Below the pieces are notes generated by a model. The model worked only from the letters and a program-made list of their open reading frames with translations. It was not told the DNA's origin and made no database searches. From contig OY820579.1 in assembly GCA_963681965.1 (NCBI GenBank), positions 288,001-352,000 on the forward strand: 64,000 bases of DNA. The letters are read 5' to 3'. The translations under genes and the position numbers were made by a program. Shown here one piece after another: positions 40,409-50,897 of this stretch. Within the stretch, counting starts at the first letter, position 1; each line of letters opens with the position of its first letter. This stretch comes from a bacterium. GTDB lineage: Bacteria; Electryoneota; JAOADG01.

Positions 40409-41848
40409 TTATTTACCCTCACTTCGTTTGACAGGAGGTGGAAATTTTTTCTTCAAGTAGGGTTTGAAAAAGAAAATACCGATCAATCCCAAAATCAAAG
40501 CGATACACCCTATATATACGGTTTCAGTTCCGGGATCATAAGCGACCGCTAAAATCGAATAGGTAGGTGTCCCTTCGATAAAGCTGGACTGGAAGAATTT
40601 CCATCCCCGATGCACTAAGGGGTGGTTCATTGAAATATGAAAAGGTGTTTTTCCCTGAGCTGGGTCTTGTACGATTACATCGCTGGCATAACTAGCCGGC
40701 TGGTTTGTACCGGGATAAAACTCTCGTTTAAATTTCTCGAGTTGTACCGAAAACCCCAAGTCATGCTGACGAGCAGTCATACGAAACAGGGCACCACTAT
40801 TGCCGGGTTGTACCTGTGAGCCATAACCAACCCAAATCGGTCCGGATGACTTTCCGTCCGGGGTGATTACACTGAATTGCAAGGCAGGATTACCCTCACG
40901 CCCGTTTGCCGGTTCGTAGAAATCCCGGATTACAACCCGATCCTTGTGATCGGTCACTGTCAGCGAGATAGATCCGACCGTAAATTTTTGACCCACCATA
41001 ACCGGTTTGATCGATCCATCGAATTTTAACCGGTAATGAAGGGCACTTGGCGAAGCAATCAGCAAGATATCGGCGGGATTATTTGTGAACTGAGTAACAT
41101 CGAGCGAATCGGTAGCGATGGATATTAATCTCAAAGTACCGATCATCGGTACTTGCCATTCGGAACTCTCTTGATTCCCACTCCAGAGCCATTGGTCGAC
41201 AGATGCCATTGGGGCTTCAAGTTTCACATTCAATGCTGGTAATCCATTCGTATCGATGTCAAACTTGGAATGACCGATTGCTGCCGGTAGAAAACGTAGT
41301 AATTGAAGTTTCCCGCGCCCTTTCGGTAGATCGGTTTCGATCGGCGACATCCCTTCCCGACGCGGCAACGATTCCAATTGCAAGGGGAGAATTCCGGAAA
41401 CACCATCGGCATACAATACTTCGAGTTGGTGTGAATTGATTTCGATTTGATTCGATGTTTGCCCTTCGGCAATCGTCATCGAACCTTCAATACCCCAATT
41501 CCGACTGATAACCGCACCGGTCAGAATGATCAAAATTCCGATATGCGTCATAATCCAGCCAGCTTGATGCGGACGGTACGGGTAGCGGTTCAATGTACAG
41601 GAAACTAAGTTGAGCGCAAGCAGTCCGAGTAAAATGTCGAACCACATACTATGATAGACATCGGCTTGTGCGAGGGGCGTGCCAACCATCGATTCGTAGG
41701 TTGTTCCATACACCATTGCGATGGCGATTAAAACCAATAAAACAACCGTTAGACCGATTGACGCAAGTGGGCGCAGAAACTTCGGTAGCACAATACCTCC
41801 AGTTGTGGCAGGTGGTAAGATACCGAATAGTCGAGTTGGTATAACCAT
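40409..41848 (-). CDS. ResB/Ccs1-like cytochrome c biogenesis protein
   Basis: N-terminal TMs with THIGILIIL, SYASDV, ISMNHPL..GWKFFQSSF and DPG motifs. Confidence 0.85.
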   Translation of the reverse strand: MVIPTRLFGILPPATTGGIVLPKFLRPLASIGLTVVLLVLIAIAMVYGTTYESMVGTPLAQADVYHSMWFDILLGLLALNLVSCTLNRYPYRPHQAGWIMTHIGILIILTGAVISRNWGIEGSMTIAEGQTSNQIEINSHQLEVLYADGVSGILPLQLESLPRREGMSPIETDLPKGRGKLQLLRFLPAAIGHSKFDIDTNGLPALNVKLEAPMASVDQWLWSGNQESSEWQVPMIGTLRLISIATDSLDVTQFTNNPADILLIASPSALHYRLKFDGSIKPVMVGQKFTVGSISLTVTDHKDRVVIRDFYEPANGREGNPALQFSVITPDGKSSGPIWVGYGSQVQPGNSGALFRMTARQHDLGFSVQLEKFKREFYPGTNQPASYASDVIVQDPAQGKTPFHISMNHPLVHRGWKFFQSSFIEGTPTYSILAVAYDPGTETVYIGCIALILGLIGIFFFKPYLKKKFPPPVKRSEGK

Positions 41849-42040
41849 CTCGAATCGCTTTTCGCGTATCCTGACCAGACCCCCGTACTAATCAAGATTA
41901 AAAAATCATTGCCAATATACTTGGATAGTGGTACGTCGGCAAGAGAAAAAAGTAACATGCAAATGAGTGTGGATATTGATTTTATACATATTAAGTGGGA
42001 AAATTGTTCCAAAGAGGTCGTTTTGGGTCGAATTGAATAC

Positions 42041-44092
42041 TTATTTTCGGGTTTCGAAAGGTCGCTTTTCAATCAATACCTGATTAGTGGTGGGATCGTT
42101 GGTTAACATAATCGATCCGCTATTTTCCGGGGTTAGTTTTACAGTACTGCCATTTAAGTCGATTTTACTTACTCCCTCAATCGCTTCAGTAATCTCCATT
42201 AGAACGGTTTCACTCTTTCCCTGCTCGATGCGTTGTTGCAATAATATATTTTCCAATCTTCGGGTGTTGATCAGATTTCGCGCCGGTTTAATCGCTTCCA
42301 ATAATCGACGCGACGACATCACATCTTCCTGGCTCGCGAATTCCCGCGTTTCTACCCGCTGCTGCTTAATGAACCGAAGTAGTGCTGCCTGTACGTTATC
42401 GCTTTCCAAAAGACTCATTACATCATCACCGAAGTGACTCTGCAGTCGTTTGATTCCTTGTTCGGCGTTGGAAATGACGCCTTCGTTATGTTCGATTCGT
42501 TTACTGGAATATGCCTTCGTTCCAACGTGGATCTCATTCGGATCGGTGGATTCGTCTACCGATAAAACGCGCGCCTTTACATGTTTATTAGCGTCGATTA
42601 CACAACTACTGACAGTATCCACAAATACCGTATCGGCGACGATATGGCTCTGAAAGCTTGTTCCGGATACCACTACACGATCTTTAGCGGAAATTTCGCA
42701 CCCAGAAACCATTCCCTCTATGACCACATGTTTGTCACTGGTCAACTTTGCTGCCGAAACAGCACCTTTGACCATAATACTTTCGCTCGATTCAATTTGG
42801 CTTTGTTCGCCGACTTCGCCGTTGATTAATATGCTGTTGGAGGCAATAATCATACTGTTATCGGAGAGATTGCCTTGAATTTCAACGGCATCTTCGGTAA
42901 AAATTCGCGATTGCTTAATCGACCCCCCTACTTTTGTGGTGGATCTAGCAATCACGGAACTCTCGCGAATCGACCCTTTCACAATCACTTCTTTGTTTCC
43001 AACCAAATTGGAGCTATCGATATTACCCTTGACGATAATATTGTTTCCGGAAGTGATCACGCCGCCTTCTTCGACATTTCCATCGATAAAAATGCTTCGA
43101 GTCGAAGTTAGCTTACTTCCCGATTTGAGGTTTCCGTGAATTTCGATTGCTTCGTTAGAAGTGTAATCGATCCGATTATCGGCAATGATCACCCGGACTG
43201 GAGCAACTGCAACACTGACTTTGTATATCCGTTTTATCGGACCAACCGTAGTCAACATCTCACGTTCAAAAAGCCGAATTTCCGCTAACCCATCTCGCTG
43301 CGCGTAAATTCCGAGACCTAATGAAGCGATTGCGGCACCATCCTGTGCTTCCAATTCGATATCCAGCCCACCGACACCGTTGATCGACCGTCCGAATAAA
43401 TCGACTCCTTGTTTTTCCGAATGCGTTCGAGGAATTTTCTTACACAGCAATTGTCCGGAATGAACGCGCAACGACTTCGCAAACCCTTCAACATTGGCTG
43501 GGTTAGGCGAAAAGTCGATCATATACTCCATCGAAGCGTTCTCACCGCTAACAGGAAGTCTTCCCTCGGCGACAATTGCCGACTGCAGGAGATTACTTTC
43601 AATCGTTCGAAGATATAGCTGATTGATTTTTTCCTGATTGATGAATTCGTTGCGAAGTCCGGAACAACTGAAAACGTGACGAATGGCATCGGGAGTCAGT
43701 GGCGAGTTATCTTCAAGCAAAGGAAACAACAGCAGTTGTGCTATCATATCTTTGTATTCGATACCCTGAGGATCAATTACCGAGCGGATGATTAGCTGTG
43801 GTTTACCGCTTTCAATGAGACCAATTTGAACTCGTAAAGTTGAAATCACGAACTCATCTACATTTCGATTTTCGATAATTTCGCCAAATTCGAGTACCGG
43901 AGGGGGAAAACCGGTTTGAATAAAAATTTGGTTTTTAATTAACCGCAGAACTTCAGTTGTCGCTTCGAGGGATTCGAGTAGAGTTTTGTCAAAACGTGCT
44001 CGCAATAACCAGCTACGCGGAGTTTCTTCGCGTATTTCTAGCTTTAAATGCTCGAGTTTCTCGAACATTTCGCGTTTAGCGGCAGCTTTCAC
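42041..44092 (-). CDS. FapA/DUF342-like protein with an expanded beta-solenoid
   Basis: IVAEGRLPVSGENA, V.SGQLL, G.DLFGR motifs and repeated I.I.G.V units. Confidence 0.7.
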   Translation of the reverse strand: MKAAAKREMFEKLEHLKLEIREETPRSWLLRARFDKTLLESLEATTEVLRLIKNQIFIQTGFPPPVLEFGEIIENRNVDEFVISTLRVQIGLIESGKPQLIIRSVIDPQGIEYKDMIAQLLLFPLLEDNSPLTPDAIRHVFSCSGLRNEFINQEKINQLYLRTIESNLLQSAIVAEGRLPVSGENASMEYMIDFSPNPANVEGFAKSLRVHSGQLLCKKIPRTHSEKQGVDLFGRSINGVGGLDIELEAQDGAAIASLGLGIYAQRDGLAEIRLFEREMLTTVGPIKRIYKVSVAVAPVRVIIADNRIDYTSNEAIEIHGNLKSGSKLTSTRSIFIDGNVEEGGVITSGNNIIVKGNIDSSNLVGNKEVIVKGSIRESSVIARSTTKVGGSIKQSRIFTEDAVEIQGNLSDNSMIIASNSILINGEVGEQSQIESSESIMVKGAVSAAKLTSDKHVVIEGMVSGCEISAKDRVVVSGTSFQSHIVADTVFVDTVSSCVIDANKHVKARVLSVDESTDPNEIHVGTKAYSSKRIEHNEGVISNAEQGIKRLQSHFGDDVMSLLESDNVQAALLRFIKQQRVETREFASQEDVMSSRRLLEAIKPARNLINTRRLENILLQQRIEQGKSETVLMEITEAIEGVSKIDLNGSTVKLTPENSGSIMLTNDPTTNQVLIEKRPFETRK

Positions 44093-44307
44093 GTTTTCTT
44101 TCTGAGTTCCAATCTGGATTGATTGTTAGAAATTGAGAGACCTATAACTAATTATCGAAGAATTTTACCCTATTCTAAACTACGAGACTGATATTCTAAT
44201 AAAATTGGGATCGGTATCAGAGATGTATATTTATTAACTAACAATGTACTCTATCTGGAGAAAGCAACAAACAAATTCTTGGGTCATTAAGAAAATATTC
44301 GATTGCT

Positions 44308-45687
44308 TCATCCCTTTGCCAATTTTTTTCGAAGTAGCGGGAAAGTGACAATTACACTGATTACGACAAAAGAGAGTAACACGGTATAGGATAGCCAGCT
44401 ATCTGCAATCGGCAGTCTACGCCAGAAATAATTTTGGAGTGCCTCCATTGCCCACGAGTTTAGCGTAAATTTTCCGACCATTTGCAACCAACCGGGCATC
44501 ATAAATGAAGGAAACATCGATCCACCTACCGCAGACATACTCAATGCGATAACAGTAACCAACGCGTCAGCCATCTCTTCCGAACGTGCCAATGCCGCAA
44601 GCAACATTGAGAAGCTGGTTACTGCTAACACAATCAATGAACAGGTTGCGAACAGTTGCCAAGGTTGGAACCGTAAATCCAAATGAAACACTAGCGCACC
44701 GACTGCGAACATCACATATAACTGCACCAAACCCAGCATCAATAAGAAGATCCATTTTGCGACCAAGAGCCGTTCAATCCCCAAACCTGATACAAGTAAT
44801 CGACGTAACGTCCCTTCGCGTTTTTCCTTCAACAGCGACTTAGCACCGGCACCAATCGAAAAGAACATAAACATGACTGCCACACCGGCAATTGATTGCG
44901 CGACAGCGGGTGACGATACTTTCTCACCGACTATAGGAATTGTCGAAAACTGAAAAAAATTACCAATCGGATCGAAGCCTTCCTGATTGGAATTCTGTTT
45001 ACTACTATCAGACTGTTTGGCGGCATTCTGTAGTGGAGCCAACAACTGCTTACCGAGTGCATCGCGATCGCCAACCGAAAACCAACTTTTTGATACATCG
45101 GCAAGATCAATTTGAAAGGTTCGTGAAATCAGATCTTTCATCGAGCGGTCAAATTCTTTGGCTTGATTTGAATCGAGCGATTGCGAGGAGGAACGTGACA
45201 TTGCAATTCCCATTAATTCGGGAATGCCTTTAAATACAGTTTTCTGGACAATTCCCGAGGTGATCCCAGTCTCGAATTTAGCTTTCGGATCCGTCCACAA
45301 TGTCACCATTAGCTTCCCGACACCCGCCAGAGTATCCAACGCTCCTCGTGGAACAACCAAAGCAACTTGATCGCGTCCCCGCTTAATCCGGTTGATCGCA
45401 ATGATACTGTCAATTGGAATGAGTTTACTGTCATTCTCGATTGTATCGACGAGTTCGATCGTTTTCTCTTTAAGCAGTTCAAAGCGCAGTCGTTGCGAGA
45501 GCGGTGAGTGATCGAGATCGACAAACAGCAAACGCATCGGAGTACTCTCGCTGGAACCACTGCCACCGAACGCAAATCCAAACACGATTGCCATGACAAT
45601 CGGAATCAGAAATGTCACGACCAATTCCGCTTTTTTTCTGACAAAAAGCTTGAGATCTTTTCCGATTAATTTCAGAATTGGATTCAT
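44308..45687 (-). CDS. ABC-2 type permease
   Basis: KDLKLF, EKREGTLRRLL and GGSMFP..MP.WLQ motifs. Confidence 0.88.
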   Translation of the reverse strand: MNPILKLIGKDLKLFVRKKAELVVTFLIPIVMAIVFGFAFGGSGSSESTPMRLLFVDLDHSPLSQRLRFELLKEKTIELVDTIENDSKLIPIDSIIAINRIKRGRDQVALVVPRGALDTLAGVGKLMVTLWTDPKAKFETGITSGIVQKTVFKGIPELMGIAMSRSSSQSLDSNQAKEFDRSMKDLISRTFQIDLADVSKSWFSVGDRDALGKQLLAPLQNAAKQSDSSKQNSNQEGFDPIGNFFQFSTIPIVGEKVSSPAVAQSIAGVAVMFMFFSIGAGAKSLLKEKREGTLRRLLVSGLGIERLLVAKWIFLLMLGLVQLYVMFAVGALVFHLDLRFQPWQLFATCSLIVLAVTSFSMLLAALARSEEMADALVTVIALSMSAVGGSMFPSFMMPGWLQMVGKFTLNSWAMEALQNYFWRRLPIADSWLSYTVLLSFVVISVIVTFPLLRKKLAKG

Positions 45688-45688
45688 T

Positions 45689-46621
45689 TCATTCCCGTAG
45701 CGTTCTACCAGTTAAGTCGAGAAACAGCGTTTCCAATGAAGGGCGTTCAATTTCAATGGCACTATAGGGTAGATCGGAGATATGTGCGATTGTTTCGGGA
45801 ATCGGGCGATTCAATAACACAACGATACTTTGGTCAATTATCGATTGAGTGCCAAATTCGGCGAGACGTTTCGAATCATAGATTTGCGCCGTGATCGCAG
45901 GAGAAGCAAATTGCAGGATCAGTTTTGTCGGCAGCTTGCGGGTTTTAATTAGATCTTCGTGTGCACCACACGCTAACACACCGCCGTGATCAATCACGGC
46001 AATCTTGTTGCACAATCGCTCGGCTTCTTCCATATAGTGGGTTGAGTAAAGAACGGTAACACCTTGTTTCAATACCGATTCAATGAGATCGAACAGCAAT
46101 GACCGGCTCTGGGGATCGACACCGGCAGTCGGTTCGTCAAGCATTAATACCCGCGGGCGATGAATTAGAGCACAGGCAAAATTCAATCGTCGCTTCATTC
46201 CCCCGGAATAATTCTCAACGCGGTCGTTTGCGCGCTCAGACAGACCAACGGCATTCAGTAGTTCGCGAGTACGATCGGTCAATTCTGCTTTCGGGATGTT
46301 GTACATTCCACCCCAGAATTGCAGATTTTCCGTGGCACTCATCTCACTGTACAGGGCAATCTCTTGAGGAGCGATTCCGATTGCCAATCGTACTTCCGGT
46401 CGAATCGGCGCAAATGCAGACCCTTCAAACCGGATTTCTCCCGATCCCGGTTCCAGATCGCTACTTAAGATTCGCATTAATGTGGTTTTACCGGCACCAT
46501 TCGGACCGAGTAGCCCGAAGCAGCAACCAGCCGGAATGTCCAGCGATACCCCGCGAAGCGCTTCAGTATTGCTTCGGGGATAGCGGAAATGAATATTATC
46601 GAGTTCGAACGTGTTATCCAT
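45689..46621 (-). CDS. ABC transporter ATP-binding protein (DrrA-like)
   Basis: GPNGAGKTT, YSGGMKRR, LDEPTAGVD and THYMEE motifs. Confidence 0.95.
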   Translation of the reverse strand: MDNTFELDNIHFRYPRSNTEALRGVSLDIPAGCCFGLLGPNGAGKTTLMRILSSDLEPGSGEIRFEGSAFAPIRPEVRLAIGIAPQEIALYSEMSATENLQFWGGMYNIPKAELTDRTRELLNAVGLSERANDRVENYSGGMKRRLNFACALIHRPRVLMLDEPTAGVDPQSRSLLFDLIESVLKQGVTVLYSTHYMEEAERLCNKIAVIDHGGVLACGAHEDLIKTRKLPTKLILQFASPAITAQIYDSKRLAEFGTQSIIDQSIVVLLNRPIPETIAHISDLPYSAIEIERPSLETLFLDLTGRTLRE

Positions 46622-46718
46622 GTCGGGAACTTACAATCGACAAAAACAATACGCAATTGGAAACTGTCGTGGAGCATAATAGATTACCCGCTGCAATTGA
46701 CGAGATCGTTTCACTGTT

Positions 46719-47876
46719 TTGACTATTATGATTGAACAAACTGCACCCGGTTTCAAATTCAAATTATTGCACGGCGAGCACTGCACTCCACGCCGCGGCG
46801 AACTGCATACGCCTCATGGTATCATCGAGACTCCGTGTTTTTGGCCGGTAGGTACGGTCGGATCGGTCAAATTGATTTTACCCGACGACTTAAATAGTAC
46901 CGGTGCACAGGGAATGCTATCGAACACCTATCACTTGCTGTTGCGTCCGGGTGATGAGGCTTTGACTCAACTAGGCGGGTTGCATCGCTGGGGTGGATGG
47001 AAGAAACCTATTCTAACCGACTCTGGTGGATTTCAAGTAATGTCGCTCGCGACTCATCGCAAACTCTCGGAGGAATGCGTCCTCTTTCAATCGCACATCG
47101 ATGGGTCCAAGCATATTCTTTCTCCCGAACGATCGATTGCGATTCAACGTGCAATCGGTGCCGATATCATCTTTATGCTCGATGTCTGTCCGGCATTCGA
47201 AGCTTCGGAAAAAGAGTTACGCGAAGCACACGAGCGTACATTGCTGTGGGCGATACGGAATCGCCGAGCATTTGCCGAATTTCCTTCGCGATACGGGCAC
47301 GACCAGACGTTGTGGGCAGTCGTTCAAGGTGCTACCGATTTGGCGCTACGGCGGGAAGCCGCTGCAACTCTAGCTGAGGGCAACGACTTTGGGTACGCCA
47401 TTGGTGGTCTGGCGGTTGGCGAACCGAAAGAATTGATGTACCCAGCCATCGCTGCAGTTACCGAAACACTACCGATCGCAGCACCGAAGCATTTACTCGG
47501 TGTAGGAACCCCCGACGATTTGTTATCCGGGATTGCACTCGGTGTCGATTCATTCGATTGTGTTTTGCCGACACGCAACGCGCGGCACGGGATTGCGTTT
47601 ACTTCCCGTGGAATAATCCGGATTAAAAACGAACGCTACAAACTCGATCAGGAACCGCTCGATCCCGATTGTAAATGCGCGTGTTGCCGTCAGATTTCGC
47701 GTTCGTTCCTTCGACACTTATATTTTGCATCAGAAGCGACAGCCGCTCGCTGGTTAACGTATCACAATCTTAGCTATTATAATCAACTGTTAACGGAAGC
47801 GCGCGACGCAATCGCGGCTAGCCGGTTTCCCGAATTCGCTGCAACAAAGCGAGTCGGCTGGACCGAAAATATATAA
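46719..47876 (+). CDS. tgt: tRNA-guanine transglycosylase
   Basis: NTYHL, TDSGGFQV, DCVLPTRNAR and CKCACC zinc site. Confidence 0.95.
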   Translation: MTIMIEQTAPGFKFKLLHGEHCTPRRGELHTPHGIIETPCFWPVGTVGSVKLILPDDLNSTGAQGMLSNTYHLLLRPGDEALTQLGGLHRWGGWKKPILTDSGGFQVMSLATHRKLSEECVLFQSHIDGSKHILSPERSIAIQRAIGADIIFMLDVCPAFEASEKELREAHERTLLWAIRNRRAFAEFPSRYGHDQTLWAVVQGATDLALRREAAATLAEGNDFGYAIGGLAVGEPKELMYPAIAAVTETLPIAAPKHLLGVGTPDDLLSGIALGVDSFDCVLPTRNARHGIAFTSRGIIRIKNERYKLDQEPLDPDCKCACCRQISRSFLRHLYFASEATAARWLTYHNLSYYNQLLTEARDAIAASRFPEFAATKRVGWTENI

Positions 47877-47925
47877 TTTGTCATGTTACTCGCTTGCAGG
47901 CTACTGCAATTACAAGTAACTACAA

Positions 47926-48273
47926 TTGAACCAAGGAGATAGAATGCATTTTGCTTGGACTATGCTTGAAACAGCCCAGCAACCCGCACAAGGTGGTGGT
48001 CTCATCGGTTTATTTCTACCGATGGCGGTCATTTTCGCAATCATGTACTTTTTCCTAATTCGCCCGCAAGCGAAAAAGGCGAAAGAGATGCAGAAAATGC
48101 TCGATTCAGTCACTCCCGGTACTGAAATTGTCACCAATGGTGGTATCCACGGTATCGTCAAGGGTGTGAAGGGAATGAACAACGAAATTCTGATTATTCA
48201 GATTGCAGAATCGGTCAAAATTGAGATCGATCGCGGCGCTATTGGTCGCGTCAAAGGCGCAGAGACCAAGTAA
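47926..48273 (+). CDS. yajC: Preprotein translocase subunit YajC
   Basis: MYFFLIRPQ.K and VTNGGIHG motifs; follows tgt. Confidence 0.93.
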   Translation: MNQGDRMHFAWTMLETAQQPAQGGGLIGLFLPMAVIFAIMYFFLIRPQAKKAKEMQKMLDSVTPGTEIVTNGGIHGIVKGVKGMNNEILIIQIAESVKIEIDRGAIGRVKGAETK

Positions 48274-48275
48274 CG

Positions 48276-48788
48276 ATGGCGGCGATCAAACGGTACGGCA
48301 ATCCGGTTTTACGACGTAAAACCGATCCGGTAACTTCTTTCGACGATAAATTCCGTGAAATGGTTGCGGCGATGAAGCTGACCATGCTGGAAAGTGACGG
48401 CGTCGGTTTGGCTGCACCTCAAGTTGGAATATCGCTCTGCTTTTTTATTATGGGCATTCCCGTCGATCCAAAGGACAAAGAGGGGGAACGAACCTGGTTT
48501 GTCGTTGCCAATCCTCAATTCACGCACAAATCCGATGAAGAAGTGTTGATGGAAGAGGGGTGTTTATCGTTCCCGGGAATGTACATCGAAGTGTATCGAC
48601 CGGAAGCGGTAACAATCCGATATCAGGATGAATTCGGACAGTGGCGGGAAATGTCGGAGACCGGGTATATATCCCGAGTTATTCAGCATGAATTCGATCA
48701 TTTAGAGGGGATTCTCTTCATCGATCGGATCAGCCCATTAAAACGCTCATTACTGCGAAAGAAACTGAGGGCACTACAGGAAGATTAA
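48276..48788 (+). CDS. def: Peptide deformylase
   Basis: GVGLAAPQVG, EGCLS and QHEFDHL motifs. Confidence 0.96.
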   Translation: MAAIKRYGNPVLRRKTDPVTSFDDKFREMVAAMKLTMLESDGVGLAAPQVGISLCFFIMGIPVDPKDKEGERTWFVVANPQFTHKSDEEVLMEEGCLSFPGMYIEVYRPEAVTIRYQDEFGQWREMSETGYISRVIQHEFDHLEGILFIDRISPLKRSLLRKKLRALQED

Positions 48789-48838
48789 TATCTGCCAATT
48801 ATCTGCGATAACATACAATTCGCAAACATCGAGTGCGC

Positions 48839-48886
48839 GTGGGACGAATGGAACCTGATTAATAGGTACATTCGTCCCATTTTTTT
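48839..48886 (+). terminator. Intrinsic terminator after def
   Basis: TGGGACGAATG...CATTCGTCCCA followed by T7. Confidence 0.75.
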
Positions 48887-48973
48887 ATCTGCGATTTTGG
48901 ACATTCTCGCCGGAAGTGGTATTTTTTATCAAGTTTCGAATATTCCTATCTGCATAGACTTTGGAGTTAGCGT

Positions 48974-50182
48974 ATGAGCGTGTTTTCCAGCGGCAATATA
49001 ACAGCGAAATCGGATTGCTCTGTCAGTTACGACCCTCGCCCCAGTGGTGGCATCGAGTGGCACATCTCGTCTAAAATTGACTCGCTATACGGCGATGCGA
49101 TTCGCGCCGATGCCGAAAAGACATTACAAATGCTGGGAATCAAACACGGCAAATTTACTATTGTCGACAACGGCGCACTCCCCTTTGTGATGATGGCACG
49201 GATCGAAGCGGCAATAAAGAAAGCCGATCCGACCTTTACCGGTGAAGCGCTTCCGGAAATGCAACCATTTTGTCTGTATCACAGCACCCGCGATAAATTT
49301 CGACGCAGTCGGCTCTATCTTCCCGGCGACCAACCGAAATTGATGCTCAACGCCGGTATTCACAAGCCGGATGGCGTAATCCTCGATCTTGAAGATTCGG
49401 TTGCACCCTCAGAAAAAATATCGGCGCGATTGATCGTTCGCAATGCCTTGCGGTCGATCGATTTTTTCGGTGCCGAACGGATGGTACGTATCAATCAAGG
49501 CGAGCTTGGTTTGAAAGACTTGGAAGCAATCATTCCGCATAACGTCCATCAAATTTTAATTCCGAAAGTAGAAACACCCGATCAGCTAATCGCGGTCGAC
49601 AAAAAAATTGCCGAAATCTGTCACGCATGTGGTCGAACCGAACCGGTATTCCTGATGCCAATTCTCGAAAGTGCGCTGGGTATTCTGAATGCACTCGCCA
49701 TTGCCACCGCGAGTAAGAACAATACCGCCTTGGCAATCGGTCTCGAAGACTACACTGCCGACATCGGCACGCAACGCACCCTTGAAGGAAAAGAGTCGTT
49801 CTTTGCGCGGGCAATGGTCGTCAATGCCGCTCGTGCTACCGGATTGCAACCGATCGATACGGTGTTCTCCGATGTCAACGATACCGAAGGTTTGATCGCA
49901 TCCGTACATGAGGCAAAAGAGCTTGGTTTCGACGGCAAAGGGTGTATTCACCCGCGACAAATTCAGCCGATCCATGATGCTTTTGCTCCTGCTCAATCCG
50001 AGATTGACCGCGCCAAAAAAATTGTCGTAGCATTCGACGAAGCGCAAGCCAAGGGGCTGGGTGTCGTTGCACTCGGCAGTAAAATGATCGATCCACCCGT
50101 CGTCAAACGGGCGATGCATACGATCAAGATGGCGATCAACACCGGAATGCTGTCGGAAACATGGAAGACCGACCAGCAGTAA
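48974..50182 (+). CDS. citE: Fused citrate lyase ACP (CitD) and beta subunit (CitE)
   Basis: N-terminal ~85 aa KSDC...YG..I...DNGAL...ARIEAA (CitD-like), then RRSRLYLPG, DLEDSVAP, GFDGKGCIHPRQI and MIDPPVV (CitE). Confidence 0.88.
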   Translation: MSVFSSGNITAKSDCSVSYDPRPSGGIEWHISSKIDSLYGDAIRADAEKTLQMLGIKHGKFTIVDNGALPFVMMARIEAAIKKADPTFTGEALPEMQPFCLYHSTRDKFRRSRLYLPGDQPKLMLNAGIHKPDGVILDLEDSVAPSEKISARLIVRNALRSIDFFGAERMVRINQGELGLKDLEAIIPHNVHQILIPKVETPDQLIAVDKKIAEICHACGRTEPVFLMPILESALGILNALAIATASKNNTALAIGLEDYTADIGTQRTLEGKESFFARAMVVNAARATGLQPIDTVFSDVNDTEGLIASVHEAKELGFDGKGCIHPRQIQPIHDAFAPAQSEIDRAKKIVVAFDEAQAKGLGVVALGSKMIDPPVVKRAMHTIKMAINTGMLSETWKTDQQ

Positions 50183-50883
50183 CATCCGGTAGTACCGATA
50201 GATCTAAGGGCGCGAACAATCGCGCCCGTTTCGCTTATCTACTTATTGGCTCGTCTGCAATTTTGTTACTGCTAACTTCATTCGTCAGAGCGTGTACCCA
50301 GCTCTTGACGATCGAAAATGTATCGATGGTTGTTCCCGTCGCGAATCAATCGATATCCGGTTTTCTCGAACACTCGATTTTATATCAACCGCGCGATGTC
50401 GTGCGCGACGGTTTGCCGTGGTTCGGTACCGCACGCGACGATTGGAAAGCGGGCGCGCGAAAGCGCAAGCACATGGGGCTCGATTATTATTCCGATACGA
50501 TCACAGTGTTAGCGGCTGCCGCTGGCGAAGTCACTGCCGTGGGTCGCGGAAAGCAGTGGGGCGGCAGCATTACCATTCGCCATGCCAACAAAGTCGAAAC
50601 GATGTATCTTCACATCTCGCAGTGGAAAACGTTTGTCGGTGCAAATGTCAAAGCCGGCGAGATCATTGCAACAATTACTACGCCGGAAGGAAATGCAATA
50701 CAACCACAATTGCATTTTTCAATCAAAGTCGACGAGCACTTCCGCGATCCGTTGCCGTACATTTTGGAACGATACCGCACGGATAAGACCGTTCTCGAGC
50801 AATTAAACCGGTTTCAATCAACTAAATCTGCCCGTGTAAGTGAACGGGACAGTCTGCTGAAGCTATTTCTGGACCGACGATAA
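50161..50883 (+). CDS. M23 family metallopeptidase-like protein (start uncertain)
   Basis: HMGLD, YLH and QLHF motifs; the canonical HxH reads QLH. Confidence 0.7.
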   Translation: MEDRPAVTSGSTDRSKGANNRARFAYLLIGSSAILLLLTSFVRACTQLLTIENVSMVVPVANQSISGFLEHSILYQPRDVVRDGLPWFGTARDDWKAGARKRKHMGLDYYSDTITVLAAAAGEVTAVGRGKQWGGSITIRHANKVETMYLHISQWKTFVGANVKAGEIIATITTPEGNAIQPQLHFSIKVDEHFRDPLPYILERYRTDKTVLEQLNRFQSTKSARVSERDSLLKLFLDRR

Positions 50884-50897
50884 TTCGAGGGCGATTC

